From positions 24,290,795-24,354,794 of the forward strand of contig NC_092670.1 in assembly GCF_964355755.1 (NCBI RefSeq): DNA of 64,000 bases. Direction: 5' to 3'. Positions 1-13,061 of the stretch are shown piece after piece. Within the stretch, counting starts at the first letter, position 1. Each line of letters starts with the position of its first letter. Under the pieces are notes generated by a model, which was given only the letters and a program-made list of their open reading frames with translations, made no database searches and was not told the origin of the DNA. The position numbers and the translations under genes are program-made. Origin of the DNA: Antedon mediterranea (lineage: Eukaryota; Animalia; Echinodermata).

Positions 1-760
1 CCGGCGGGTATATTCTTTAGGATGGTCGGTGGGTGGTTACTTTGTTGATGGATATACTGTAACGTGGCGTTTGGTTTGGTGTAGGGCTATGTGTTCTTCG
101 CTAGGTGGAGTGTGACGTCTAAGAAGTTGATGACTTGTTTGTTTGCTTCTATGGTAATGCGTAGGCCGTTATCTTTGAATATTTGGCATATGTCTTTTTT
201 AATATTTTCTGTGCTTTTAGGTGTGGTGTCTGTGACTGCAAGGCCGTCATCTCTGTAAAGTCCTATGTTGATTCCTAGTTTCTGTTGTAATTGGTGTAAC
301 AGGAAGCTTCCAACAAGTTCACACGTTTCTGCGCCATCATAACTACCCATAGTCACATCGAATGCTTTTGCCATGGTTGCTGTTTGTGTGATAGTACTGA
401 TTTTTTGGTATGTACGATGATGTCTCTTTCGTCGTTGGTAATATCATCGTATCTTTTAGCGAAGTCTAGTGCTTTATTCAGCAGGTCATTGCTGATAGAG
501 GGGTAAAATTCTACGATGTTGAAGCATATAAAGTTGTGTTGTTGTTTCTTGTCGATGCTCTTAAACCATTCGATGACCGATGAGGTATTTTTCCATTGAT
601 TGGTGCGAAGTTTTGATGTAATTTTGCTGTTAATACGATCGAGTATTGTTTTGCTTATCTTGCCTATCTCGGATTTGGTCGGGTTTATTAATCGGCAAGT
701 AGGTTTGTTAGTGAAGTTCGGTTTGTGGTCTTTGAGGGTTATGAAAGCATCTTTATTTGC
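1..760 (-). pseudogene. Penelope-like retroelement RT fragment, frameshifted with a premature stop; runs off the window start
   Basis: ORFs 353-823 and 87-374 give [60 protein letters not shown]. After the TAG at 87-89 the frame continues PYTKPNATLQYIHQQSNHPPTILKNIP. The 5' side ends at a (TA)n tract. Confidence 0.8.
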
Positions 761-1310
761 AGTTGTATATATATATATATTATGTACCCATTTACATACG
801 ATTTTACAGGAAAAGGGGTACAAATCTACATTAGAAATCGTTAAAATCTTAATTTTTTTTCACGCTAGTTATAGTACTACACTTTGAAATTTTTGTTAAA
901 ATGGAAACTCCACTATAATGTATAGGTAGTAGCTACATTTCTGGTATTTATGAGTCCCATGATAATACTGTATTTCGCTGTCAGATAATCATTGAATTAT
1001 TATCAAAACAGTCCATGAAAGTTTTTGTTTGTAATATGATACTTCACACTTAAGGCGTGATGAAGTGACCCCCAGACTTGACCTTAGCAATAAAATAAAA
1101 TAAATTGAGTCTGTTTCATATCAAAGTTATTCACTTCTGTAACAAAATTCACATTATAGAAAGAGAAAAGAAACGTTTAATTATAACTCAAAAACCACAT
1201 TGTCTGACAGATTTTTGCTTTTAATTACATTTTTTAAGGTAAAATAACTATTATATGACAATAAAATGACACATTCAAAAACAAATTTGAAATAAAAAAT
1301 ATTTTTCAGA

Positions 1311-1328
1311 GGGACAATATATCTTTAA
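1311..1328. mobile_element. Isolated right end of a Kolobok-type element
   Basis: GGGACAATATATCT-TTAA resembles the right end of the element at 30287-34863. A similar left end lies at 27799-27813. Confidence 0.5.
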
Positions 1329-1957
1329 AACTGTTAAGTCAATAAGCGAGCAGCGTTTTTTGTAAGAAATATTTCTTGTTTAAAGTTGAACAGAGTTCAA
1401 CTTCAACGTTACGATCGGTAAAACTGACTGACCAATCAAATAGTTCATAAATTACGTCATCATTGTTTGTGACAATTCTTATTTTTTACAACGCGACGAT
1501 GTTTTTTGTGCTCTTTTAAAGTCTGACATTTCAAAATAACATTTGTAAGTAAAACTAAGTTTTAATATAAAAACAATTTAATTTAATGTTGTCTTTAGTG
1601 TAAAGACTAGATTAAGATATCAGCGAAAACATGTCCTAGGCCGGCTGGGTTGAAGCATCAAAACCCCTAACTTTTTCAATTTTGACACGGGCCCGGCTGC
1701 GCGTGACCGGCCTTGGCTTTTCAAAACTTCACGTCCATGTGTCCCAGCAACGTCGAAAGAACCAAGAAACCAACGATCACGTAAAAATTCGCGACGGAAA
1801 AAAAGGCTTTAGGCGCAAAAAAACAGTTCCGTATATTAAATATGGTCTATAAAAAACCCACTATATTCAAATAATTATATGACAAGAATCTACTGGCCTC
1901 AGATGCTATCTCCGGGCGTGTTGGAAAAAAAAATTCCCGTGGGGCATGCCCCCGGAC

Positions 1958-2929
1958 GCGATTTTTTTTTTCGTACGTAAGTTGGGGACCCCTTCATGAA
2001 ACGTCACCAAATAAACATGAATAATTCATCAGTTAAATTTGTTGTTCCGTGTGCACCCAAGCGTATAGCAACAAGAAGTGATTACACAACTGCGATACGA
2101 TAAACGATACTTTCTACAGTAGGCCTAGGATTATAAGTCAATTCACGTGATTGCCTTCGCGCACTCTTCTTCACACAACATGTGTCGAGTCGAGGCTAAT
2201 CGACAGCTAGGCAAGACATTAAACCATGGAGGTATATTTTTATACCTCTATGATTAAACTAAGTAGTAATTCATTGGACATAGCCCAAAGAAAGCTTAGA
2301 GCCACAAGAATAAAGAATGTGTATATAATTTGTGTACTGTATTTTTTTAATTCTGCTATTTTATTATCAAACAATATGCATGTACTCAAAGGAACTTTAA
2401 AAATGCCCGTATATGAACACATGAGATGGGAAGATTTGACCCACGAGAATAAAAAATGTATTTTTGTGTAATGTTTATTGTTTAATTTTTACTTATTACT
2501 CGGATTGTGTCATACCAAAGATAACTATCTTTGGTCATACCTAACACACACACGTCACACACACCCCCACACAGCTACTACTAGAATAGACACACATGGG
2601 TTTAGAGACTAATAATTAGGCCTAATAGTATTAATAGAAACTATAATTTTAACACGTAATTCTTTAGTAATAAATTATATTAAAAACACCATAAACTAAA
2701 GGCTGATTATTTCGACAATCCACACACAACGCCGCTATCTTCTATGAAATCGCACGCCGCAACAACAGCGAAGATAGGCCTAGAATCGTACCGCACTTGT
2801 GTGCTCACTTCTTGTTGCTATACGCTTGGGTGCACACGGAACAAGAAAATTTAACTGATGAATTATTCATGTTTATTTTGTGACGTTTCATGAGGGGGTC
2901 CCCAACTTATGTACGAAAAAAAAAATCGC
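1958..2929. mobile_element. Non-autonomous Mutator-like (MULE) element / MITE
   Basis: ~125-bp terminal inverted repeats (1958-2081, 2806-2929), G...C ends, perfect 9-bp TSD CCCCCGGAC (1949-1957, 2930-2938). Confidence 0.8.
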
Positions 2930-3834
2930 CCCCCGGACCCCCCTAGACGATTATTTTTCCCATATCGTCCCCCTCTTTTTCAAAATCATAGATCCGCCCC
3001 TGCTTTCTCTCTGCTTCTCTTCCACGCCCATTATGACCAGGCAATTTCTTCTGCTGTATTGTTCAGCTTCGTTCTAATAGATCTGTACAGTTACATAGTC
3101 ACACAAAGGCCCATGTCATGTTTGAATTGAATATTGTAAGTTTCCAGTTCTTAGCTCGTAGCCGGTCAAACAATGTTAACTTTATCATGGGGAAACCCCT
3201 TATTTCTCCATGACTTTACCAAGTCACCAACGAATCTGTGATAACGAATCTCATCATACCATTTTGATAAAGAAGAAAAAAAATGCCAATAGGCCTACTT
3301 TACAAATCATTACATTATATCGCTACTACAAAACAGGCTATCAAGTTTAATTCATTCATTCAAGAATATTTAATAATTTCGATAATGGTAAATAACAATA
3401 CATATGATTAAAAATAGTAAATCTATAAAATTCTTTACGTAATTAATATAACAAAATTAAAATTTAGTGTCGATTTACACAAAACATGATACATCTTCAA
3501 TTGCTTTTCTCAATATTTGATTACACGTCATTATTTTAAATATGAAATCTTCTCACAGTGGATTAATGAGAGTGCTGGATTTACGTACTAGCATCTATAT
3601 ATAAATTTACGTAAGGGCAAAATTCGGTAAATCGCAATTTATTTCTAGAATTTTTAATCGATGGTATATAAAGTTGGTTCGTACTTTCGGTACGGATTTT
3701 AACCACTAATTGATGTAACCCTGTTTACTAATTAAATTGAGTTAGATAATTAGTTATTGACAATTAAAACGAATTTAGATTCAACGATTTGCCCCAAATA
3801 GGGATGTCTTCCGATCGTGGTATACACTGTCATA

Positions 3835-4226
3835 AGGCCCATTTACACTTGGACGATGGACGATAAATATATAAACATGCTTTTTTTTACATGAAACAAA
3901 ATAAATTAGAAAGGTTTTCGTTCTAGAACTATAGGATAATCATTTATGCTGTCTTTGATAAAAATAATATTTTAAAAATTCCAATCAAATGACGTCATGA
4001 TAAATAAAAACAATAAAATCGTTGTATTGTCACGATATTATTGCTCTTACTAATCGTGATGTCATTTGATTGGACGTGTAAAAATATCATTTTCAGCAAA
4101 GGAAGCATAGGAGGTTATTCTATAGTTCTAGAATGAAAAGCTTTTATATTTCTTTTGTTTTATGTATGAAAAATGCACATTTGTCTATTTATCGTCGATC
4201 GTTATCGTCCTAGTGTAAATGGGCCT
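3835..4226. mobile_element. MITE, probably PIF/Harbinger-type
   Basis: TIR AGGCCCATTTACACT / AGTGTAAATGGGCCT, imperfect internal palindrome, TA/TAA-type flanks. Confidence 0.7.
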
Positions 4227-4486
4227 TAATGCATGTCCATCTTGAAAAATACCCGCATACAATAACACGAGGATGCTTCGCCTTTTCCTATCTCCTCCTA
4301 CGATAATTGTATTTAATGGCTGAAAACCGGTTGAACAGCTCAAGTACAGCATCATAATGTTGAAGACAGGTGTATCGTTACATGTATTTTTTCGACTATT
4401 CATTCAATCTTTTATTTCGGAATCTCTGGTCCATAGAAAGTAAAAAGTACATATAAATGAAATGAAATAAACAAGACTACTACTAC

Positions 4487-5120
4487 TCATCTTAGGATGG
4501 CATTCCATCTGGAGAGCATCTTCGACTTAACTAAGACATTGCTTATAATCGTTGAGACTAAAACATTTTCGCTTGCATTTAGTCTACCCATCAGGCCATA
4601 TATTGATTTTCTTAACAATTCATAGAAAGAAGGAATTCTACATTCCGTAAACATAATAAGGATGGCATTGCAATGTCGAGGCCTTTGTAGCAACATTCTT
4701 AAACCATTATTATTGTAACATACTTGGAGAGATCGCAAGGTACCCTGATTATAATTGCACCATAATGTAGCACAATACATATTTACACAATATGTTCTAA
4801 ATAAAACACATTTTACATTGATAGAACACATACTAAATTTACTGACCAAGGAGTTGGCTCGGATACACAAAGATCTGTATTGCCGCTTTATATCGAAATC
4901 ACATAAATCCAAGGAGATAACATGACCAAGTCAACATATTCTAAGGTTTTACCATTAATGGTAATAATAGGTTTCAATTGAATCCACCATGACTTAGGAC
5001 TGATTATCATACAAGATGATTTCTTAGAATTGTAAACAATATCATTTTTGGCCGCAAAGCATTCAGACATTTTAATTAAATGTTGCAAACCTGATGCAGA
5101 AGGTGATAAAAGCATCATCT
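4487..5120 (-). pseudogene. 3' fragment of a non-LTR retrotransposon ORF2 (end of RT plus C-terminal region)
   Basis: LLSPSASGLQHLIKMSECFAAKNDIVYNSKKS, then after a frameshift DIKRQYRSLCIRANSLVSKFSMCSINVKCVLFRTYCVNMYCATLW; 5'-truncated. Confidence 0.75.
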
Positions 5121-5820
5121 GTATACGATAGGTTGTTAAATTTATTTCAATAAACACTGTGACAGTGACAGTTTTAACGAAGTATTAAATCGCAATTGTT
5201 TTACTCTATTTAGTGGTATATTAATTATAGGTCTTTAAAAAAATTGTCTTTACTGAGTGGATAATAAAGAACTATAAAGTAAAGAATAATTTAATATAAA
5301 GAATATATGAAAAAAATTGTTCCTCTTTTTACCTATCCTCATCCCCAACCCTTAACCCTAATGTTAGATACAAAACACAAATTGGGTTTGTTTAAATGAG
5401 TCCAAATCAAAAAATGTGGACTCATTTTGTTTCTCTTTCGGAAGTAATTCCCAGGGTGCTAATTTTGGTGTACTACATAAATCATTGTGTCTATTTATTT
5501 GTTTCTGTAAACGACAAAGTTTTATAGTCCTACATTTGAAATCGCCAGTTTTTTTTACGCTAGAAATTACTTTGTATTCAAAAACCATCTAGTGATTCAT
5601 AATTTTTCAAAAAAAAATAAAAAAATCTAATCATCAACAATGTTTATAAACCAGTAGTTTATATTAGTATGAAGCAGTTTTTATTATTATATCTATTATT
5701 ACACAAATAGATTGAAATGATGATTAAAAAAAAAGAATGATATATAATATTAAATGATCTAAATAAATTATAAAATCTGTGCATAAGAGTATTGTATACA
5801 ATATATTTACAGGTACACAG

Positions 5821-7620
5821 CAAAATTCTGATTCTTGTTTTAAGAAAAAAAAAACTTGTTTCAAGCAAAATATTTCTTGAAACAAGTAAATTTTGACTTG
5901 TCCGTATTTCAATACTTTTTGGCTTACCAAGAATCGTAAAATTCTTAACAAGAATCACACAAATTCTTATCAAGAAAATTATTCTTACCAAGAAATAATA
6001 CTTTAAGAACAATATTCTTACCAAGAATTTAATTGCTTTTTTCATTCTTGTTTTAAGCAGTATCTGCCTTAAAATAAGTAACAATTTATCGATTTTTTTA
6101 AATAGAATTCTTGTTTCAAGCAATATTTTTCTTAAAATAAGTAAGAATATTCCGATTTGTATTTTTTTGAATTCTTGTTTCAAGCAATATATTTCTTAAA
6201 ATAAGTAAGAATATTCCGATTTGTATTTTATAGAATTCTTGTTTCAAGCAATATATTTCTTAAAATAAGTAAGAATATTCCGATTTGTATTTTTTTGAAT
6301 TCTTGTTTCAAGCAATATATTTCTTAAAATAAGTAAGAATATTCCGATTTGTATTTTTTGAATTCTTGTTTCAAGCAATTTTTTTCTTAAAATAAGTAAG
6401 AATATTCCGATTTGTATTTTTTGAATTCTTGTTTCAAGCAAAATATTTCTTAAAATAAGTAAGAATATTCCGATTTTTATTTGTAGAATTCTTGTTTCAA
6501 GCAATATTTTTCTTAAAATAAGTAAGAATATTCCGATTTGTATTTTTTAGAATTCTTGTTTTAAGCAATATTTTTCTTAAAATAAGTAAGAATATTCCGA
6601 TTTTTAATTTTAATATTCTTGTTTCAAGCAATATATTTCTTAAAATAAGTAAGAATATTCCGATTTGTATTTTTTGAATTCTTGTTTCAAGCAATTTTTT
6701 TCTTAAAATAAGTAAGAATATTCCGATTTGTATTTTTTGAATTCTTGTTTCAAGCAAAATATTTCTTAAAATAAGTAAGAATATTCCGATTTTTATTTGT
6801 AGAATTCTTGTTTCAAGCAATATTTTTCTTAAAATAAGTAAGAATATTCCGATTTGTATTTTTTAGAATTCTTGTTTTAAGCAATATTTTTCTTAAAATA
6901 AGTAAGAATATTCCGATTTTTAATTTTAATATTCTTGTTTCAAGCAATATATTTCTTAAAATAAGTAAGAATATTCCGATTTGTATTTTTTGAATTCTTG
7001 TTTCAAGCAATATTTTTCTTAAAATAAGTAAGAATATTCCGATTTGTATTTTTTGAATTCTTGTTTCAAGCAATATTTTTCTTAAAATAAGTAAGCATAT
7101 TCCGATTTGTATTTTTTGAATTCTTGTTTCAAGCAATATATTTCTTAAAATAAGTAAGAATATTCCGATTTTTATTTGTAGAATTCTTGTTTCAAGCAAT
7201 ATTTTTCTTAAAATAAGTCAGAATATTCCGGTTTGTATTTTTTAGAATTCATGTTTTAAGCAATATTTTTCTTAAAATAAGTAAGAATATTCCGATTTAT
7301 ATTTTTAGTTTTCTTGTTTCAAGCAATATATTTCTTAAAATAAGTAAGAATATTCCGATTTTTATTTGTAGAATTCTTGTTTCAAGCAAAACTTTTTTTA
7401 AAATAAGTAAACAAGAAGTCTATCAAATAAAAACCAGTAAATGTTTACTTATTTTAAGAAAAGTATTGCTTGAAACAAGAATTCTATCAAATTAAAATTC
7501 GTAAATTCTTACTTATATTGGGAAAAAAATTGCTTGAAACAAGAATTCTATAAAATATAAATCATTAAAAATTTATTTTAAGAACGATAAATGAATACTC
7601 ATTTTAAGTAATATTTTACT
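5821..7620. repeat. Left subterminal tandem array, 63-bp unit, last units inverted
   Basis: About 20 units of AATTCTTGTTTCAAGCAATATATTTCTTAAAATAAGTAAGAATATTCCGATTTGTATTTTTTG; reverse-complement units at ~7440-7620. Confidence 0.95.
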
Positions 7621-7854
7621 TAAACAAATAAATTCAAGAATGTTATAAAACATAATATTAACAATACTGTTATTTTCATTAAGAACTACAATTTACATGA
7701 CATTAGGTACAATAATATATACAACTTCTTTAAAACAAACTTGTTTTTATTAATAATAAAATGCCATCAAAAGAAAGCTTAAAAACATTAAAATAGAAAT
7801 AAAATACAAATTTCGTAAAATTCTTCTCCCGCACCTGGGCTTTAAACTATTAGG

Positions 7855-9975
7855 TGTCTTTAAATTTATTAATGTATACTAATGATGATTCAACAGCCTT
7901 TGTCAAGTGTACAGGTGTGTTTTCATCACAAATCACTAACTGTTAAAGGATAGTGAGGCCTACTTCTTTTCATTTTGGATAATCGAAATCCAGAAGGTAA
8001 AAAGTGGAGAGGAGAGTAACTAGAGCCTCATCTAATTTTGCTTTCTTTGTAGTTAGAATTGTTTGCTAAACTTTAATGTAGGCCATTTCTGTGTCCAAAA
8101 GCAATACCGGCATATTACCTGATCGGCGTGAAGACCAGGATTCTGGATCTTTATTCATGTTCCTAAAAATGAAAAGAGATTAATATAGTTTTAGTTATTA
8201 CTGTATTTAAAATATGTGTAACATCATCAACTAATTGGGTACGGTGTGGTTTTAGAGTCCTATATCTGGGGCGGTAAACACAAAAACATGACGCAATATT
8301 AGAACGGTGGTAAGAATAATTTTACATTATAAGACATAAGGGTGGGTGGAATATGCATTTGAACTTTTTAATCACAAACTTTGCCCTGTTTATACCGATC
8401 CCAAAGACAGGCCTGGCTGTATCTATTATTTTTAGTTAAATTATTAGGGTCTAAATTTATTTTTAATATTACTATTTAGGAAGACAATACGCAAAACGGT
8501 GCTCAATCCTGATTGATGTTTTTATTCCGTATCAATGTTTATAATAACAATCATACAATTAAATGTAAATTTTGTTTAATTGTTTGATTTTAATAAATTA
8601 TTGTAAACATAGTATATACCTCGAATTTTAAGCTAAGATAAATTTGATTTTAAAAAAACACTTTAAGATATTTTTTTTTAATGTACATAATGTTACTTGT
8701 ATTTTAAATTTTTAAAAACACTAAATACCTTCAAGGTCGGCAGACTTTTTTTGATGAGTTTTTCCCAACAAATATGTTTGACAGATTTGACAACATATGG
8801 GTTATCTTTGAACCTAACCAAAAATAACAAATTGAAAACATTATATTATATAAATTTATTTAAATGAGTGGAATAATGTATGGACATAAACTTGATATAC
8901 TGTAGCTCAAATTTTTAATAATGTAGCCTACAGTTTTGTAGGTGGTCAATGTAAAAGGAAGGGGAAAGGGTGGGCTGGCCAGGAGAGCATTAATATGTCA
9001 AAAATTAATATTCATAAATCATTTATTTAATTTTAGTTGTCAAAGGGAGGAGTGCATGACACTAGCTTGAGTCGAACCAAGCTGTTAAAAATACGTACAC
9101 AATATGTACACGTATTTTCCTCACTACCATTGGTCCATTATAAAACTATTTATGAATAGATAAAAGTACAAAAACATACACTGTACTTACGAGATGGAGG
9201 ACTGGTGTTTCTCTTTAAAATACCAAAATAAACTATATTATTCTCTTCTTTGGAAAAATTTGCTAAGCACTTTTTTAAAAAGCTTTCTTTTGTATTTCAT
9301 TCCTCTTTGCCTAGTAATAATTAGTATCCTTCGAACTTCTTCAATTACCTAACAAATAATTTAAGATATTGTAAATAACACAGTTTTTTAAAAAGAAATT
9401 TAATATAACAATTTTAGTTATGCAGTACGTATGTTTTTTGTTGGTTTTTTTAGTATGTTTTTTTTAAATTTAGAGTTAAAAACATAAAGTTTCAATATCG
9501 ATGTGATCACTTCGGGGATTACTTAGTGTGTACAATTAATTAAATATAAAGAAGTGTTTTTAAATGTCATTATATTTCTCATTGGAATATGTGTATATAA
9601 TACAGTATAATCCTTCGTAGATATTTCATGGCTACATTACAAAATAACTGTTAGTGTTACATTATAATTGTATTATCTATTATTAGGCCTTCCTTATACC
9701 TAGCTGAAATAGGTCCGACAATATTTGTCCCCTCTGTCAATTTCTGAACTAAAATGCTAAGCTAAACCTATACACCTGTCCGTCAGTACAGGCATAGTAG
9801 GCTAGCCTAGACCTACTAGTTCCAGGCCTACAGTATTACTAACTAGGAAGGAGCCTAGGCTAGGCCTAGACTGCTGGCAGATTAAAATATAATTATTAGG
9901 CCTACGAACCTGTTAAAATATTGGCCACTTCTTCATCTATTTCTCGGATCTTCAACAAAGCGTCTTCCTTCGACA
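7855..9975 (-). pseudogene. Decayed multi-exon accessory ORF of the CACTA element
   Basis: The last exon reads EMAYIKV*QTILTTKKAKLDEALVTLLSTFYLLDFDYPK*KEVGLTIL*QLVI, resembling the YYVFNLEYP-type motif of animal EnSpm ORF2. Upstream exon limits are approximate. Confidence 0.55.
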
Positions 9976-10329
9976 TTATATTAGACTAATCTTACTAGGC
10001 CTATTGAAGCATTTAATATATAAATTGCGATGAAAGGTGTCTTTTACTTACAAACTCTAGATTTTGAATGATTACTTTAAAAAACCGTTGGCCATGATCC
10101 CGCCGGGAGCTAGGTCATCGACCACACACAGTGTTGTTTTTCAACTATAACCAAAAATGTATCGCTGGCCTTTTACCCAGAATGTATAAGGTCATTATAC
10201 TGCTCAACGTTAAAGCATGGAGGTATAAACCTCCATGGTGGTTAAAGCAAATCTATAAAACGTCTGGACCAATAGTAATACGACAGACAATAATAATGAC
10301 ACATGTTTGTTGCAGTCCGAAAAAAAGCG

Positions 10330-11280
10330 ATAAGTTGGTGCCAGTAAACTGAAGTAGGTACAGTATTTGCTACCCTATTTGCTAAGGCATTACAATTCAA
10401 TTCATGGAAATACTCCGAATTTTCGAGTAACATGTGGAATTGGTGGTTCGCTGCCCGGCAAGCTTTGGAATTTACAATTCGTTTTACAAGCATGTCATAA
10501 GACGCCATTTTAAGGACGAGTATAACAATCGGCAACCTCCTGCAGTTGACGATGGAAACATCAGTATAAGTATGCCTGGAGAAAACGAGGATGCCAATTG
10601 AGGATGAAGTAGAACTAGGCCTAGACTAGGAGACTGACGAAGTTAATGAAGAAAAAAACTATTATAACGGGGATGATTTATCAACTGACGATAGTAGTAG
10701 TGATAATTCTAGTATTGTTATACTGTTAATGATTGTTTAATATTAATTATCTTGTTGATGCTCAGCAAGAAGGCCTACTAACTAGAGGATGAACAAGCAG
10801 ATAATAGTATAAAAAATGCTGATTTATTTCTACTAAAATTAAAAAGGAGAGAAACAAGATTCCACAGGTAAGCCATTTTGCTTTAAAATTACAATAATTA
10901 TGCATTTTAAACTATTTTTTATTAGAGAAATACGTCTTTTTCCTAGGCCTTGCTGGTACTGTTATTATACAGGACTATAGTAACTATAGGACTTGGGTAC
11001 TAGGCCTAGGCATTATACACTCTAAGTTTATGTTGCATTTTTTTGTGACCAATTTCATTGTTACAAATAACATTTTTTTTGTTAGGCTGCATAGCTCCCC
11101 AACTAAAACACAACTTAGTTTTTAAACATATTAAAACTTGAATATAAAAAATATTAAATCAATATTATTTTCTTTAGGTTGCAGTGCAATCGATTATTCA
11201 AAGCACAAACAGTTTGATTACCCAGATTCTTTCATCAGTTGAAACTGAAGTGCTAACTGCTCTACCGTTGTGTGAATATA
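10330..11280 (+). pseudogene. N-terminal remnant of EnSpm transposase (C2H2 zinc-finger region)
   Basis: RHYNSIHGNTPNFRVTCGIGG / CPASFGIYNSFYKHVIRRHF, then ADLFLLKLK, a GTAAG donor at ~10868 and VAVQSIIQSTNSL. The catalytic core is absent. Confidence 0.6.
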
Positions 11281-11289
11281 AGGATATTG

Positions 11290-12840
11290 ACAATCTATTT
11301 TAAGTAAAACATTTCTCAAAATAAGTATTTTTAAGAATATTAAAATAGAATTGACTTCAATTCAAGCAAAAATAGTCTTGATAGGATATACTGTAGTATG
11401 ATATTGACTTCTTATCTTAAGTAAAACATTTCTCAAAATAAGTATTTTTAAAAATATTGCGAATCTCAATTTAAGCAAAAATAGTCTTGATAAGATAGTA
11501 TGATATTGACTTCTTATTTTAAGTAAAACATTTCTCAAAATAAGTATTTTAAAGAATATTGCGAATCTTGATTCAAGTAAAAATAGTCTTGATAAGATAG
11601 TATGATATTGACTTCTTATTTTAAGTAAAACATTTCTCAAAATCAGAATATTGCGAATCTGAATTCAAGCAAAAATAGTCTTGATAGGATAGTATGATAT
11701 TGACTTCTTATTTTAAGTAAAACATTTTTCAAAATAAGTATTTTTTTAAATATTGCGAATCTCAATTTAAGCAAAAATAGTCTTGATAAGATAGTATGAT
11801 ATTGACTTCTTATTTTAAGTAAAACATTTCTCGAAATAAGTATTTTTAAGAATATTGCGAATCTTGATTCAAGTAAAAATAGTCTTGATAAGATAGTATG
11901 ATATTGACTTCTTATTTTAAGTAAAACATTTCTCAAAATAAGTATTTTTAAAAATATTGCGAATCTCAATTTAAGCAAAAATAGTCTTGATAAGATAGTA
12001 TGATATTGACTTCTTATTTTAAGTAAAACATTTCTCAAAATAAGTATTTTTAAGAATATTGCGAAACCTAATTTAAGAAACTTTGTCTTACCTAGAAAAA
12101 TATTTATTGTTTTAAGTAATTTTTAGAATTCATCAATCTTGATTTAAGAAAAATTATTCTTGATAGGGATAAATATAATATTGATTTCTTATTTTAAGTA
12201 AAATACTTTTCAAATTAAGTATTTTCAAATCTTGTTTTAAGCAAAACTATTCTTAATAAGAAGAGAATGATATTGACTTCTTATTTTAAGTAAAATATTT
12301 CTTGTAATAAGCATTTTCAAGAATATTGCGAATCTTGATTCAAGTAAAAATAATCTTGATAAGGGTAGTGTGAAATTGACTTCTTATTTTAAGTAAAATA
12401 TTTCTCAAAACAAGTATTTTCAAGACTATTGCGAAACCTAATTTAAGAAACTTTGTCTTACCTAGAAAAATATTGATTGTTTTAAGTAATTTTTATAATT
12501 CATCAATCTTGATTTAAGAAAAATTATTCTTGATAGGGATAAATATAATATAGATTTCTTATTTTAAGTAAAATACTTTTCAAATTAAGTATTTTCAAAT
12601 CTTGTTTTAAGCAAAACTATTCTTAATAAGAAGAGAATGATATTGACTTCTTATTTTAAGTAAAATATTTCTTGTAATAAGCATTTTCAAGAATATTGCA
12701 AAACTTAATTTAAGAAAATTTGTCTTTTCTAGAAAATTATTTCTTGTTTTAAGTAATTTTAAATCTTGACAAGAAAAAAAATACTTATTTTAAGAATTTT
12801 TTCTTAAAACAAGATTTTTTTTTCTTGCTTAGAATTTCAA
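11290..12840. repeat. Right subterminal tandem array, ~105-bp unit
   Basis: Repeats of TATTGACTTCTTATTTTAAGTAAAACATTTCTCAAAATAAGTATTTTTAAGAATATTGCGAATCT...; shares the CTTAAAATAAG core with the left array in inverted orientation. Confidence 0.95.
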
Positions 12841-13061
12841 ATTTTGCTGTGTAGGCGCTAATTAGGAAAGGAACAACTACAGTAAAACAAGCACATTTAC
12901 TGGGAAAGTACTGTGTGATGGATATTTACAACATAAATAAAACAATATAAAATATATCAACATTGAATATTACACAAAATTCAATGTTGCGTAATTACAT
13001 GTAAACATAATTTATATACAATTGTGTACACATATCTGTAAATTTACATAACATATACATA

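Larger units (their letters stand above)
5816..12851. mobile_element. Degraded CACTA/EnSpm-type DNA transposon (~7 kb)
   Basis: Ends CACAGCAAAATT / AATTTTGCTGTG, flanked by TA on both sides; long subterminal arrays; remnants of two divergent genes inside. Confidence 0.8.

Noticed and set aside
5343-5361. Telomere-like CCCTAA
   Set aside because: Only two or three degenerate units.
5659-7199. Repetitive ORFs (LETRIQKIQIGIFLLILR)n
   Set aside because: A 63-bp satellite unit is divisible by three and so produces stop-free frames; starts are mostly TTG.
6180-7400. CRISPR-like regular array
   Set aside because: No unique spacers, eukaryotic context, no cas genes.
11362-12038. Repetitive ORFs in the right array
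   Set aside because: Translation of satellite DNA.
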